64,000 bases of DNA, from contig OZ076413.1 of NCBI GenBank assembly GCA_964187785.1, forward strand, positions 43,152,001-43,216,000, written 5' to 3'. Below are positions 22,401-33,700 of the stretch, piece after piece. Made by a program: the position numbers and the translations under genes. The stretch comes from Amphiscolops sp. MND2022 (Eukaryota). Position 1 is the first letter of the stretch. The number at the start of each line of letters is the position of its first letter. The notes below the pieces were generated by a model. It was not told the DNA's origin and did not search any database. It saw nothing but the letters and a program-made list of their open reading frames with translations.

Positions 22401-24286
22401 CAGACGGTTCAGAAAGTAAGACATCTTCACTAATCTACTCGGTGAACATAAAAACGGAACACACAAAAATAAAATCACTCTTCAATTCTATATGGCTTGT
22501 AAGAACGGAAAATGTTTAATTGTCAATCATTAAAAATGCAGCTCTCGTTACGAGATCAAATCTTCAACAAAGCATAGTTCGAACCTTTAGAAAAAGTCTA
22601 GACGTCTTCACCAGCTATCACTTTTGCGTCGAAGAAAAGTTTTTCGTTCGAATGATTGACAATCTACAAAACAAATTCTCAATCGTTTCTCAATTCAGTA
22701 GGGCGGTAGATTTTAAGGACTTTAAGGACTCCGAATAACCACAAATTCCAAAAAGTTTGAATTTAAGTCTCAAATATCCAAAAACTCAAATTTCAAGTCA
22801 AATTTCGTTTGCAATTCTCAATTTCTTCAACTGGTGGCAGAAATTTCAAAAACATGTTTTCAAACAAGATGAAATTCTAAGAAATTTTTGAAGTTGGCAA
22901 ATTTTTGGATTTGTGACAGTTTACGAGCTATTTGGTTCTGAATCATTTTAATCTGAATGAGGCCATTTTAATCAAGGGAGTTGCAATATTTTAAAGCGCT
23001 AGAATTACAGTGTTCACAATTGTTCTGAGACGTTTGTTGACAAATATTTGAAACCCCCCAGAGCCTGAAAGTTTTCGCGTTACGTTTTTTGGTAAGGCTA
23101 GCATGTATCAATGAGAATTTTAAAAAAATCAATCGTTTACAATTTGTTTGAGATAAAAAAAAATACTCGAAAAAGTTAGTAATGCAATGAATTACCATGC
23201 TCTAAACAATATAATGTTGACAATTGCTCTCTTCCCAAGCACTTACTACTATGGAAATCACAGAAACTTACTTGAATTTTAACTCACTTTGATTTTTGGT
23301 ACAATTGTAAGTACAATTTGGTTATGTAGAATGTAAGACTTACGTTATGTAGAGATGTAAGTCTTATAAATATTGTTAACTAAGCCTTATGATATACAAT
23401 AGATTTATGCTGACCTCCTTGCTGAATCTCTGCTTCACTGTCAGTGCTTATAGGTTTTTTGGAGTATGACTGAAGTTCAGAAGAGGAATTTCATGCGGTC
23501 TCTAAAGTATGTGATCCCGATAGAGGACATAGTGTACCAGATGCAGAGGTTGACCCCCGAAGAGTGGACCACCATTGAACACTTCCGCACAGACAAACTA
23601 GAGAGACAGAAACACTGTCCGCCCAGAAATGTTCCACGGGTGAGGTCAAATGCGTTCTCTCGTGTGACGACTAAGTATTGCAACTATCGTGGATGGAGTT
23701 AAAAAGATTTAAAGTTATAACCATAAATGTTTCTGAACTTATCACAATGATTACAGTTTATCAAGTTGCCACGAAAAAGTAGCGGTCAAAATTAGGTTTT
23801 ACTCAGAGAAGAGGTGATGAAACGTTATAATTTTTTGAACATGTATAGTTAATGACCTTAAAGGGCGCGAGAATCTAATGAAAAAGAATTCCGCCTCATG
23901 TAATGAATGTTGCTATTGATAATCATCAGAGAACCACCATGTGAAAATACTAAGCTATTCTGACCTTTAACCTTTCGAGATACTCAAAGGGCCATGTTTT
24001 CAACAGGTCATTCGTTTTTTGGAAAATTTTTGACGCATGCAATATTTTTGATTGCTTTCATTGCCAGGATGCCAAGGATGACAATTACAACTACCGTTAT
24101 GAAGAAATGGTGCGCAGCTCGAAATCATCGAAATCCTCCAAATCATCCAAGACATCTGCAACCAAACGTCCCAACCAGAACGAAAGTCTGGAAAAAGTAC
24201 TGGCCGAAGGAGAGGGGAGCGAAGAGGAAGATTGGGAGTCGTATCTCAGAAGCACGAAAAGTAGCTCCACTAAACAGGAATGTTGA
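1459..24286 (+). CDS. Host gene, part A (5'-partial, spliced): uncharacterised protein with repeated short helical 'L..L..EE...LL' units
   Basis: Phase-compatible AG/GT exons: 1459-1664 (out 0), 18328-18652 (0>1), 19108-19335 (1>1), 20055-20271 (1>2), 21521-21759 (2>1, poly-Q), 22171-22355 (1>0; alternative donor after 22415), 23454-23639 (0>0), 24068-24286 (0>TGA, or a donor earlier). All are open in frame and match ORF-track fragments. The start codon was not found. Confidence 0.75.
2711..2722. promoter_or_regulatory. Overlapping CRE (TGACGTCA) and E-box (CACGTG) in LTR U3
   Basis: TGACGTCACGTG at 2711-2722, also present in the 3' LTR; GTGACGTCAC also occurs twice in the solo LTR near 51.0-51.1 kb. 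Confidence 0.45.
2847..2944 (+). repeat. 39-bp tandem repeat (~2.5 copies) in U3, putative enhancer array
   Basis: Unit TGGGACGACCGCCGGGACGACCGTTTTAAATTTATAATC starting at 2847, 2886 and 2925; repeated in the 3' LTR. Confidence 0.85.
3798..3805 (+). promoter_or_regulatory. Candidate LTR TATA box
   Basis: TATAAATA about 230 nt upstream of the gag ATG, after a GC-rich block; the equivalent site is at 17467-17474. Confidence 0.55.
4374..4386 (+). other. Primer-binding site, tRNA-Leu-like
   Basis: TGGTGACAGGAGT immediately after the LTR-terminal CA; one mismatch to TGGTGTCAGGAGT, the complement of a eukaryotic tRNA-Leu 3' end. Confidence 0.7.
5434..5440 (+). other. -1 ribosomal frameshift slippery heptamer A-AAA-AAC
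   Basis: Phased A|AAA|AAC in the reconstructed gag end frame, two codons before TAA (5444-5446); the -1 frame is the pol frame. Confidence 0.65.
5434..10809 (+). pseudogene. pol: pol polyprotein (aspartic protease, RT, RNase H, integrase) with two in-frame stops
   Basis: One frame throughout, with TGA at 5572-5574 and TAA at 6763-6765. PR LVDSGA; RT LDCSQAYH and YDDD at 7981 (YVDD expected); RNase H MTDA/TDNK; IN HHCC zinc finger, MD/TD/ER DDE triad and WTGPF (GPY/F) motif. Confidence 0.95.
11132..15059 (-). CDS. Spliced antisense accessory gene of the Gypsy element: ~1,200-aa zinc-finger, hAT-transposase-derived protein with degenerate catalytic sites
   Basis: Exons 15059-14669, 14574-14107, 14009-13884 and 13755-11132 total 3,609 nt (1,202 aa plus stop). 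Three GT-AG phase-1 introns all keep the frame, and a fourth frame-neutral 69-nt intron (14382-14314) is probable. Zinc finger CAVC...RHFTRKSH. Confidence 0.85.
15342..15992 (+). CDS. 216-aa Ser/Pro/Asp-rich ORF crossing the PPT and ending in U3 of the 3' LTR
   Basis: Open from ATG 15342 to TGA 15992; the last ~35 codons lie inside the LTR. No recognisable domain. Confidence 0.45.
   Translation: MNSSTLNSSTDYFILDRDQDAAPVNPCAHSTPKALGDNCENTQSLIIEDIYEIINTGTEHIVLYHESAPISILETAQSDTLPSRKFTNFNPIIPDDEFMSPPRDYEHMDNWLYRPHDGSISPISSDSSSIGYFSGSDWATDSSWMSYDSMVQSIFQPPISSPFRPISPLLPTTDVSHQSRGLSQPPQGREIIRSERTPEERNGEINQEVANKASQT
15874..15885 (+). other. Polypurine tract (weak)
   Basis: AAAGCCGGGGAC immediately before the 3' LTR TGT. 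Confidence 0.5.
15886..18042 (+). repeat. 3' LTR (2,157 bp)
   Basis: Copy of 2218-4373, preceded by a purine-rich tract and followed by TSD GTATT. Confidence 0.97.
19478..20004 (+). mobile_element. Non-autonomous Helentron/HINE-like element, copy 1
   Basis: Ends AAACAAGCCG...GCGCCGACTAAAAA; subterminal inverted repeats GTCGGCGC (19501) and GCGCCGAC (19991); short hairpin near one end; A/T-run flanks and no TSD. Confidence 0.65.
19784..19861 (-). pseudogene. Degenerate tRNA(Gly-GCC)-like or SINE-head sequence inside HINE copy 1
   Basis: Minus strand reads A-box-like TGGCATAGAGG, loop CTGCCAA, B-box GGTTCGAGTCC and a terminal CCA; the acceptor stem does not pair and there is an internal TTTTT. 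Confidence 0.55.
20311..20443 (+). rRNA. 18S rRNA gene fragment (~130 bp, non-functional insertion in an intron)
   Basis: GGTGAAAT...GCGAAAGCATTTGCCAAGAATGTTTTCATTAATCAAGAACG...GATTAGATACC matches the conserved central region of eukaryotic SSU rRNA; the flanks are not rRNA. Confidence 0.9.
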
Positions 24287-24747
24287 TCAATAGCTTTGTT
24301 ACAAGTTCAAGGTTCTTCGTGAAGGCAATTGTTCAAAAATTCTAGATCGTATAAAAGTTTTCGCTCTTTAAACACTTGAATCGTTCGCCAACAAATTTTC
24401 AGTTCGAACAAGTTCAGTTCGAAGTTGCGTTTTGGATTTCGTTGAGGTCGCCGCAATCACTTTGATCGAAGTTTCCAAGAATTGACCGCATTTTTTTTCG
24501 GAATGCTCTGTTCAAGTTCTTGTTCTCACTCGTTTTCAAAGTTTCACTGAGTTCAAAAAAGCATCTCGATACTCTAAAATCAGTGTGCAATAAAGTTTTC
24601 GATTTTATCCTTCTATTTAAAAAGAATTGGCAGTACTACCTAAAAAACTATGATCTGAGAAACGAATTATTAATCCGGAAAGTGATTGCACTGATTGAGA
24701 ATGATCAGGAATTAGTTTGAGAAGAGCGATCAACATGCCATTTCTAT

Positions 24748-27700
24748 ATGAAGTCATCTACAAAAACCAAAACACAGTCCAAAAGCAGCAGCAACATGAA
24801 TTACAAATCAACATCCAAGAAAACCGACTCCATGGATTCTGGGGCACCTCAAACTCAAACCAGCAAAACAGGAACAGGTAAAGTGGTGTGAAGAGAGATA
24901 TTTATAAACGCTTTATTCAACAATCCATGACCTAAATTGCGTCCATGAATTGCGAACTGATCTTGCGTTCATGAACGTGAAAACTGAATGGAGCCTGGTT
25001 ACATGGAACACAGACAGTAATGAAGACACCTTATGATGCAATATTAGGCGAGCGAAGAAGTACGAGAGAAATATAATGGCCAGCAGTTTTCGTAGGCGAG
25101 GTTTAACTTCCTTCCTGTCCCGTATTTGTGACATGTTTGTGGTATTTCACACTTTGATCGCTTGCTTATCTAAATCTTGAAAACAAGTTCTTTTTCTCGT
25201 AACTGACGATAGATGGTTTCACTTCTGGTGGAATTATTTTTTTGCACACATTACAGGTCTTCTTGCTTTGCACTTTTTTGCTTTGCTATTTTTGCGAGAA
25301 ATTTGTTTTCTGAGTTCCCAATTTTACCAGTTTCACATCTCTGCACTGAAAGCAGCTTAAACTACCAAGTACACAAATTCGAAACAGGAATAGTCAGCTA
25401 CATTCGACACGTTTATATTTGAGATGGGGTACGAAAAACTCAACAGAAGAACTTCAACATGAAAACTCAACCGATTCTCAAATACGGAAAACTCAACACA
25501 TGAAAATTCAGCACCGAAAACACAACACCGAGAATATTAATGCAAGAATGTTGGAAATTCTATGATGAATTTTCTTCAGTCGCGTTTTTTTGTGGAATGT
25601 CTTGTATTGAAGTTTCTTGGGCTGACATTTCTGGTAATCAATTGAGATAAATGAGCAACGATGAAGGTTTCGAAAAACTTCGACAACGTGCTCTTTTGAC
25701 AAAAAAGTCAAGGACATTTTTTTTGCAAACGTGCTTCTCTTCTTTGTTCGAATTTCCAAAATGAACATGTTTCTCTGTCACGCTACCCTGCTTCGGAAAC
25801 ACTTGAGAAAATTGTATGTAGTCACTGATTGATACAATTACACAATTCAAATTCATAAGCGAGAGGTGCATCAATTTTTGAAAAGCGGTAGGCAATACAA
25901 TAAGGCGGTTGTACCCTGTAGAAAAACAATATGTTCATGTGGGCTTCCCCACAACAATACAAAAATTGTGATGTTTCTTTAATTATTCATGCAACGGTGC
26001 TTGTCCATACGCGTAGGTTATGTCCACTGACGATTACCACGCCTCCCTTTTTTCATTGTCATAATTTTGCTATCATGTTTCACAGGGTTGTACCCTGTAG
26101 AAAAACAATATGTTCATGTGGGCTTCCCCACAACAATACAAAAATTGTGATGTTTCTTTAATTATTCATGCAACGGTGCTTGTCCATACGCGTAGGTTAT
26201 GTCCACTGACGATTACCACGCCTCCCTTTTTTCATTATCTAACTTTTTTGCTATCATGTCATTCAAACTGTCTAAAATAGGCATCTGGTATTTGTCCTTG
26301 GCCCTTGACTCATTTAACGGTCGCGTGTCTATTGCTATTTTGACGGACTTGTCGTTTTTAACGATTACCGTTGGTTAAATGAACACGTCGTCTTGGATTT
26401 CCTCTACTCTTCAATTGTGATTTTCTTTGATCAACATTTAGATTTTTATATCGACTTGACTTTGTGTTTTAATTCTCCTCAGTATTTACTTGAATAAACG
26501 ACTTGTGAGAATGATTTACTTGGTTACTTTCCCCACACTCATATTTTCTTGGACTGCTCTTTTTGGTAGCGGCGAGGCCAACCATGCGCCACTAGGCTTT
26601 CCAGGGCTTTTCCAGGCTTTACATTCTCCATGATGAAGTTGGATGGCCAGCATTCACGTGGGTTACTCTTCTCCATTGCATAAACACGTTCAATATTCAC
26701 TGCCCTTTTTGGCCATTCAGTGTTTTTTGTTCCATAAACCTTTAGCCGTTTTACCCTTTTTCGAACGCAACTGCAAATTCTAGGGCGTTGTACAAAAAGA
26801 TTTGCGTTGTACTTTCTTGTTGTTCTTGTGTAGGATGAACATATCCAAAACTAATGTAGTTGTAATTTTGCCGATCAAAATGAGCTATCTGTCAATTGAG
26901 AGCATGGGAGAATTGACACAGCAATTCTTCCGGCTATTGCATTCTGGAGACAAAGAGGCGCTGATTCAGAGTTCTGTTTCTTTTCTTTACGAAACTTTCG
27001 TTCTAATTTTTTTTACTTCGTCTGTTTTCAAGTCCTAAAATGTTCTATGCATATATTTGTCCTAAATCTGCTTTCTGGCTATTTAACCGAATGATAGGTA
27101 ACCCAATGAAAGGTGGGAGTTTTCTGTGTGATTTGTCCGGTTGTCTCCGTGATAGAGATCACATTTCTGTCATTATTGCTACTTGGAACAAGTCCAGCCA
27201 TTTCTCCCAGTCTATAGCCGAGTTAGCTTTTGCATCGTTCCTGAATATAGCCAGTACCACCGAATGATATAGAGATGTGGAAGTGGTTTTCGAAGGAGAA
27301 AGTTCATTTTGCACTCGCAGCGCCATGTTGACGATGAATCCAATGAACTATTGAATAGTAATGAAGTTGAATGTTGAATTGCTGTAGTACGTAATCTTGG
27401 CAGTTTAGCTTGTGAATGCTGACAACTATTTTTACTTCTGAACACTGGCAGGCATCTAATTACGTATTCAAATGCTAAATGTCTCTAATTAACAATAGAA
27501 ATATATTCAAATGGGAACGAACAATTCAATTGTTAAGTGTTCAAACAAATGCGTCAAGACCCTACCACATGGTCGAATCATTCCACGTTCTGAAGAGATG
27601 TTCTGCAAGATTGTTGCAAGCTTCATTTACAAAAGTTTTTTTCTTACAATGAAGTTTTCAAGACAGAACACCGGGCCCCCTTGAGTATTTGACATTTTTA

Positions 27701-30700
27701 TTTCTTTTAAAAAAACCGTACGAGGGCTGAGTGTCTCTTTTGGGTATAATAGTTGAGAGTTTCAATAGAATTGTGCATATTGAAATGATAGTATACGAAT
27801 TCTACATTCAAACCAACACGAACTGGGGGACTCTTCAATTCGTTGAACATTCAATTCGCTGAACACGTATTAACTTACCGAGCATGGTATGACGTAATGG
27901 AATGAATTGATTTCGGCCAATCAAATTCGAGCATTCAAAATTGCGATAACGTAGTCAACTATGGTCACATACTCCTAGTGCCCTAAATGCAGGAGTGAAG
28001 CGAAGCGGAGCGACGTGCCATATGACCATGCCTCAATATTGCTACATACAACAAATATGCTAATCGCCACAAAATATAACCAAAAGAAAATAATCTCTGA
28101 TGCGGAATTCTTTCGACGCATTGAATAGTTTTTCATTTTTCGACGATTTGAATGTTCGACGAATTGATGTTGCACCCACGAACTGATATCAGGAAAAACT
28201 ATTAGTAATGCTGAGTTTTGATACAGCCAATCGAGGCTCCAAGTCTCGTAATCGCATTCACTTGGGACACCGCTGAACAGATTACCCTGAAAAAGTTAAA
28301 CCGAATCTATAGAAATAATATACTCAAACTTAGGGCGCCAAAAAGCTACTACTTAAGTTTTCGATGTAAATAGTAGTATGAATCAATCAACTAACTCAAA
28401 TTTCTAATCGTGCGCACAAACAGTGCTTCCGAATTCAAATTTCACCGTCAATTATTTTCTGTTTCTTGAGGGTTCGTATAACTGCAGAAGCTTCAAATAA
28501 CGTTCACACCACTTACTAGCAAAAAGTACATATGATAAATCGAGCCAGAAAAGTTCATACAAGAAAAAGACTTTTGCAACAGAGTACGGATTCGATGAGG
28601 AAAAAGAAGAAAAAGAAGAGGGGTACAAATATGAGAGCAAGTAAGGTCTTTCTTCATTCAATTCAGTAGCTTTAAAAAAGTTAAAGGGAGTATTTCACTT
28701 AACTTTTTGTCAGCAGTTTAAACCAAAGTGATCTTATCACAAACAATAATCTTTTGTGTAATAAATTGTTTTCTAGTGTCACTAACATTTCTTAAGTTCT
28801 TTAATGCAAAGATCACTTCATTCTCAAACGAGCAAAGGCTGAAATTGAAATGCGAGAAGTGTATCAAAACATTAACCACTGAGTTGTGTTTATCGCTGTT
28901 TCAGAGTTGAACGAAAATTGATGCACCGTGTCAAACGCATATTTGCTTAACAAATCATAATGGTCGAAAAATTTGATGTGCTATTGACCTTTTCTTTTTC
29001 AAAAAATAGTTTTCATGATCTAAGAGGGTTTAGATTACGAAACAGTTTTGAGATTTCCAGCACAAATTGACCCTGATTTGTTTGATATAACAACAAACGA
29101 AAATAACAACTTCACGTCTGGAACATTCCAAAATGTATCAGAAAGTACTTTTTTGACGCAAACAAAAAATATAAAAACCAACTTTTAAGTGTAATAAGTA
29201 GGGTCTTTATAATGTTTTTTCGTTTGCGTTAAAAAAGTACTTTCTGATACATTTTTGGCATGCTTCGACATAGTTCCTACATTGAGAAACAGAATCTCGA
29301 ACGGCATGCTTTTAGCAATACCACCAATGAGGAAATCAATTTTTAAAACCAATTTTTTTCTATTCATATTATTTTGAGTCATAAAAGCTCTAAGTGCTGT
29401 CCACTTTTTGCTATAAATTTCAAAATGGAGATTAATTGTTTTCAGTTATTTGATACGGAAACATATTGCAACTTTGTCATTCGATCGCCACCCAGTTTTT
29501 GAAAAATTGAAACGAAATCAACAAAATCTTGGATTTTCTTGCAATTTCCTGTTAACGCCTGAAACACTTGATAAGATCTTGAAATAATTTTAGTTCATGA
29601 AAGGCGTTGAATTTTCTGAGAAGCTTCTTGCCAAGATTCTTACCAAGCAGCAGCCTCTTACAAGAGTGCCGTTGGTTTGTTTCAGCGACACGGATGGCGT
29701 GACTGCTCAGTACCATGACAACCAAGGAAGCGCTGAGAGGGAGCAATCCCAGACCTATGCGAAGAGCGAAGAAGGCACGACGTCCGACAAGTCCAAGTGA
29801 GCATTCTATTACATCATACTTTCATAGTGATTGACGGAATATTCCATCATGCATGAGAAAATTGCATAAGAAATGCATTTCGAGGCTTGAAAAAGCTAAC
29901 TGCGTGTTTTTCTCAATGCATTTCTCAAGCAATTTTCGGTACTCCTGACTAAGTGTGGTCCCAACAAAATTTATGCAGCCGGCCTGAAAACTCCTGACTA
30001 AGTGTGGTCCCTAGCAAATTTAGAATAGCCAACGTAAAGCAAACATTACATGTAGTTCAAAACAGCAGAATTCAATTTACTGTTTTTAGTGCGGTTACAG
30101 CCAATGTGTATGGAAGTTGATTTGAAGACGTTAACAAATATGCTAATTAGCATATTTGTTGTATGGCTCCCCGTACTGACAAAATTTTGAATTCTAGGAC
30201 TGCCAAGGATTCCCAAGGACTGGTAAGGACTTGTCAAGTTCTGGACCAGTCCTTACAAGTGCCACTTTTAGCCTTACAAGTCCTGGACCAGTCCTTACCA
30301 GTCCTGGGGAATCCTGGAGATACGCTGCCGAGGACTGGAACACAGAAAATCCAAAACCGATTCAGGGCTTATAAGGGCCAAATAGGTGCTAAATATAGTT
30401 GGAATAACTGTCATTGGGTGCGGGAAGAAGTTTTTTTCAGTATGTTACCTTACGAAAATCGTGAAAAATAGTCTCTCTCGAATAATCATAAAATGATTTC
30501 GAAAATACTTGTTTTTTATTAATTTCGCTGGGCAAACTGTCGAGAAAAAGTCGATACCGGCAGGGCTACCAACAAGCACCTGCATAAAAAAGCACTATTC
30601 ACAATAATACAACAAATGAATGAGGTCAAAAACCATGTTGGATGTCTCTCGAAGTCCATCAAAAAAGCAGATCAGGACCTCGAAAATATCTGATTCTATA

Positions 30701-33700
30701 GTCTTGGCTCGCAAACTGAAAAACAGTTTACACAGACAGGGCTACCAACGAGCAGGCGCATGGAAAAAGGCCCATTCACAATAAAACGTCAAATGAATGA
30801 TGTCAAAAACCATGTTGGATGCATCTCGAGGTCCATCAAAAAAGCAGATCAGGACATCGAAAATATCTGTTTTTATAGTCTTGGCTGGCCAAATGAGAAA
30901 CAGTCAACACTGGCGGGGCTACCAACAAGCACCTGCATAAAAAAGCACCATTCACAATGATACATCAAATGAATGAGGTCAAAAACCATGTTGGATGTCT
31001 CTCGAAGTCCATCAAAAAAGCAGATCAGGACATCGAAAATATCTGTTTTTATAGTCTTGGCTGGCCAAATGAGAAACAGTCAACACTGGCGGGGCTACCA
31101 ACAAGCACCTGCATAAAAAAGCACCATTCACAATAATACATCAAATGAATGAGGTCAAAAACCATGTTGGATGTCTCTCGAAGTCCATCAAAAAAGCAGA
31201 TCAGGACATCGAAAATATCTGATTCTATAGTCTTGGCTCGCAAACTGAAAAACAGTCGACACATACAGGGCTACCAACGAGCAGGTGCATGAAAAAAGGC
31301 CCATTCACAATAATACATCAAATGAATGAGGTCAAAAACCATGTTGGATGTCTCTCGAAGTCCATCAAAAAAGCAGATCATGATTTTAATCTTGCTCCCT
31401 TCAGAGAAGGGGAATAAGATCTAAAGAATAATTTCTGAAGGGAATAAGCTCTAAAATCAATGCATTTTAGATCTTATTCCCCTTCTCTGAAAAGAATAAG
31501 ATATAAAATTTCAGGACCGAAATAAGATCTAAAATCAATGCATTTTAGATCTTATTCTCCTTCTGTAAAGAATAATTTCTGAAGGGAATAAGATCTAAAA
31601 TTAATGCATTTTAGATCTTATTCCCCTTCTCTGAATGGAATAAGATCTAAAATCATGATTTTAATTTTGCTCCCTTCAGAGAAGGGGAATAAGATCTAAA
31701 GAATAATTTCTGAAGGGAATAAGATCTAAAATCAATGCATTTTAGATTTTATTCCCCTTCTCTGAAAGGAATAAGATCTGAAGGGAATAAGATCTAAAAT
31801 TTCAGGATGGAAATTAATCTAAAATCAATGCATTTTGGGAAAACCCCAATTTCTATCATTATATCCGACACTATTGAGCCCAGACATAGTCTCGACTATG
31901 GGAATAGTACCGGAACACTTATTCTGACAATAACCGAGCCCTCATGGGGCATAATTGATACGAAGTACACTTGATAGTGATAGGAAATACAAGCAACTAA
32001 GTTTTTCCTACTGAAATTCAAAATGGCCGCGCCCATTATGCAACTTCGAATTTTTCATCGAAGTTTCTCAAGGACTGCTAAGGACTGCACCAGGACTGGT
32101 AAGAACTTGCGAAATTTTCGAAAACTGGGGAAATCCTTGGCAGTCCTTGGAATCCTTGAGTTATCCTGTCAAGGACTTGGAATCCTTGAGTTGTCCTGGC
32201 AAGGACTTAAGTCCACTGGAGTGTCAGTACGGGTCGGTCGCTTCGCTCCCTTCGCCAAGTAGCAACATTGAGGCATGGCCATATGGCACGTCGCTCCGCT
32301 TCGCTTCGCTCCTGCATATAGGGCACTAGGGGTATGTCAACATAGCTGACTACGTTATAATAACTATTCCGACAAAATATGCAGGGACACACTTACATTA
32401 TAGGGACCACACTTAATAAGGAGAAATCGCATGGGTCTACACTTAGTCAGGAGTACCAAATTTTCGTTTTATTTTCCATTCAAAAGTTCATGCTTTTAAG
32501 GAAGTACAGCAAGATGACTTCAACGAACGACGAAGGTTTGACAGGCACTCGTACCAAGCCGAGTAAAACTTACGATCAGGTGAACGAGGAAACGACAGCA
32601 AAGGCTACAAAGTGAGCTATATTCAGTTTTTCTAGTTCGCTCTCCTTGAGAAATCATTAGCGCTTTTTTTTGGCTTTCATTAACAAGTTGAACATTGATT
32701 TCTTAGATTACATTTGTACCCTAGTTGAGACTGCAGGAACTTTTTACATGCTGCAGGCCTGCATGCAGGGTAATTGTTTATAAAACCTAGAAAATTCAGT
32801 GGTAATTCCGACGGTAAATATTATAGAATTACACTGCATTTTCCACTGCTGCAATTGAATTTGAAAATAAATACCACTTCACCCACCGACACGATCACTT
32901 TGTATTTACACTTCGATTTCTCAACTACTCATCTGATGTGATCACCGCTTCTCAAATAGCACGCTAATCATGACGCTGATTTGCAGTTTACTACGTGACT
33001 GAAGTTATTTACCATTAAAAGGCGGTTAAACTGAAAGCTATTTATTTGCTTTTAAAATTTAAAACTGCTTCTTAATGAAACCTGCAAAACTTCAATCCTT
33101 AAAACTGCCGCCAAACTTTTGATGAATATTTCGAGGAGCTTGATAAAAGTCGAATACAACAGGTAAATATTTTCGCATGAAAGTTTCTGTAAGAGTTTTA
33201 GAAAATCATAATAAAAGTTGCTGGCAACAATAAAGTGCATGCAAAAAGTTCAAGTAGTTTCAACAAGGGTATACTTCAAAGTTAGGTGAACAATAACAAA
33301 AGAGAATGGAAAATTGGTTTTTCACTAGCGCATTTTTTCAAATTTTATTATATTCCGATTTTTATTTTCAAAAACAAGGTCGTGGCTTTATCTGTGGAGG
33401 CATTTGAATTCTTTTTTGGAAAATGTCTAAAAAGAAAACTACCCAAAAAGCACAAAAAATGCAAAGTTTCAATTCTGGACTTTATGGAGTTTTTATTCAA
33501 TTGTTGAATGCTTTCCTCAGTTTGAATATCCAGTAGTTCAATGGCAAAACAAAAGGCTACTCAGCAACTAAGAACTAAGAGATCAACCACAAAAAATAAA
33601 GAAAATATAACCTACAAGGGACGAATAGCTTCAAGTATTTAAAAATTTCTGTATTGTTGAAAGGTTTGTGCCCAACATTTTGTAAAAAGACTCACACAAA

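Larger units (their letters stand above)
30170..32233. mobile_element. Non-autonomous CCC-ended TIR element with 2-bp TSD (CACTA/EnSpm-like) carrying tandem arrays
   Basis: Perfect 12-bp TIR CCCGTACTGACA, TSD TC (30168-69 and 32234-35), subterminal AAGGACT/AGTCCTT repeat clusters at both ends. Confidence 0.75.
29942..32453. mobile_element. TA-flanked TIR element (Tc1/mariner-like MITE with outer and inner repeats) hosting a nested insertion
   Basis: TIR CTCCTGACTAAGTGT at both ends, TA at 29940-41 and 32454-55, inner repeat copies at about 29992 and 32401-32423; about 450 bp once the nested element is removed. Confidence 0.75.

Noticed and set aside
15158-27902. Identical 16-mer GTATGACGTAATGGAA at 15158 and 27887
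   Set aside because: One exact 16-mer match in 64 kb of AT-rich DNA is within chance expectation, and there is no flanking homology.
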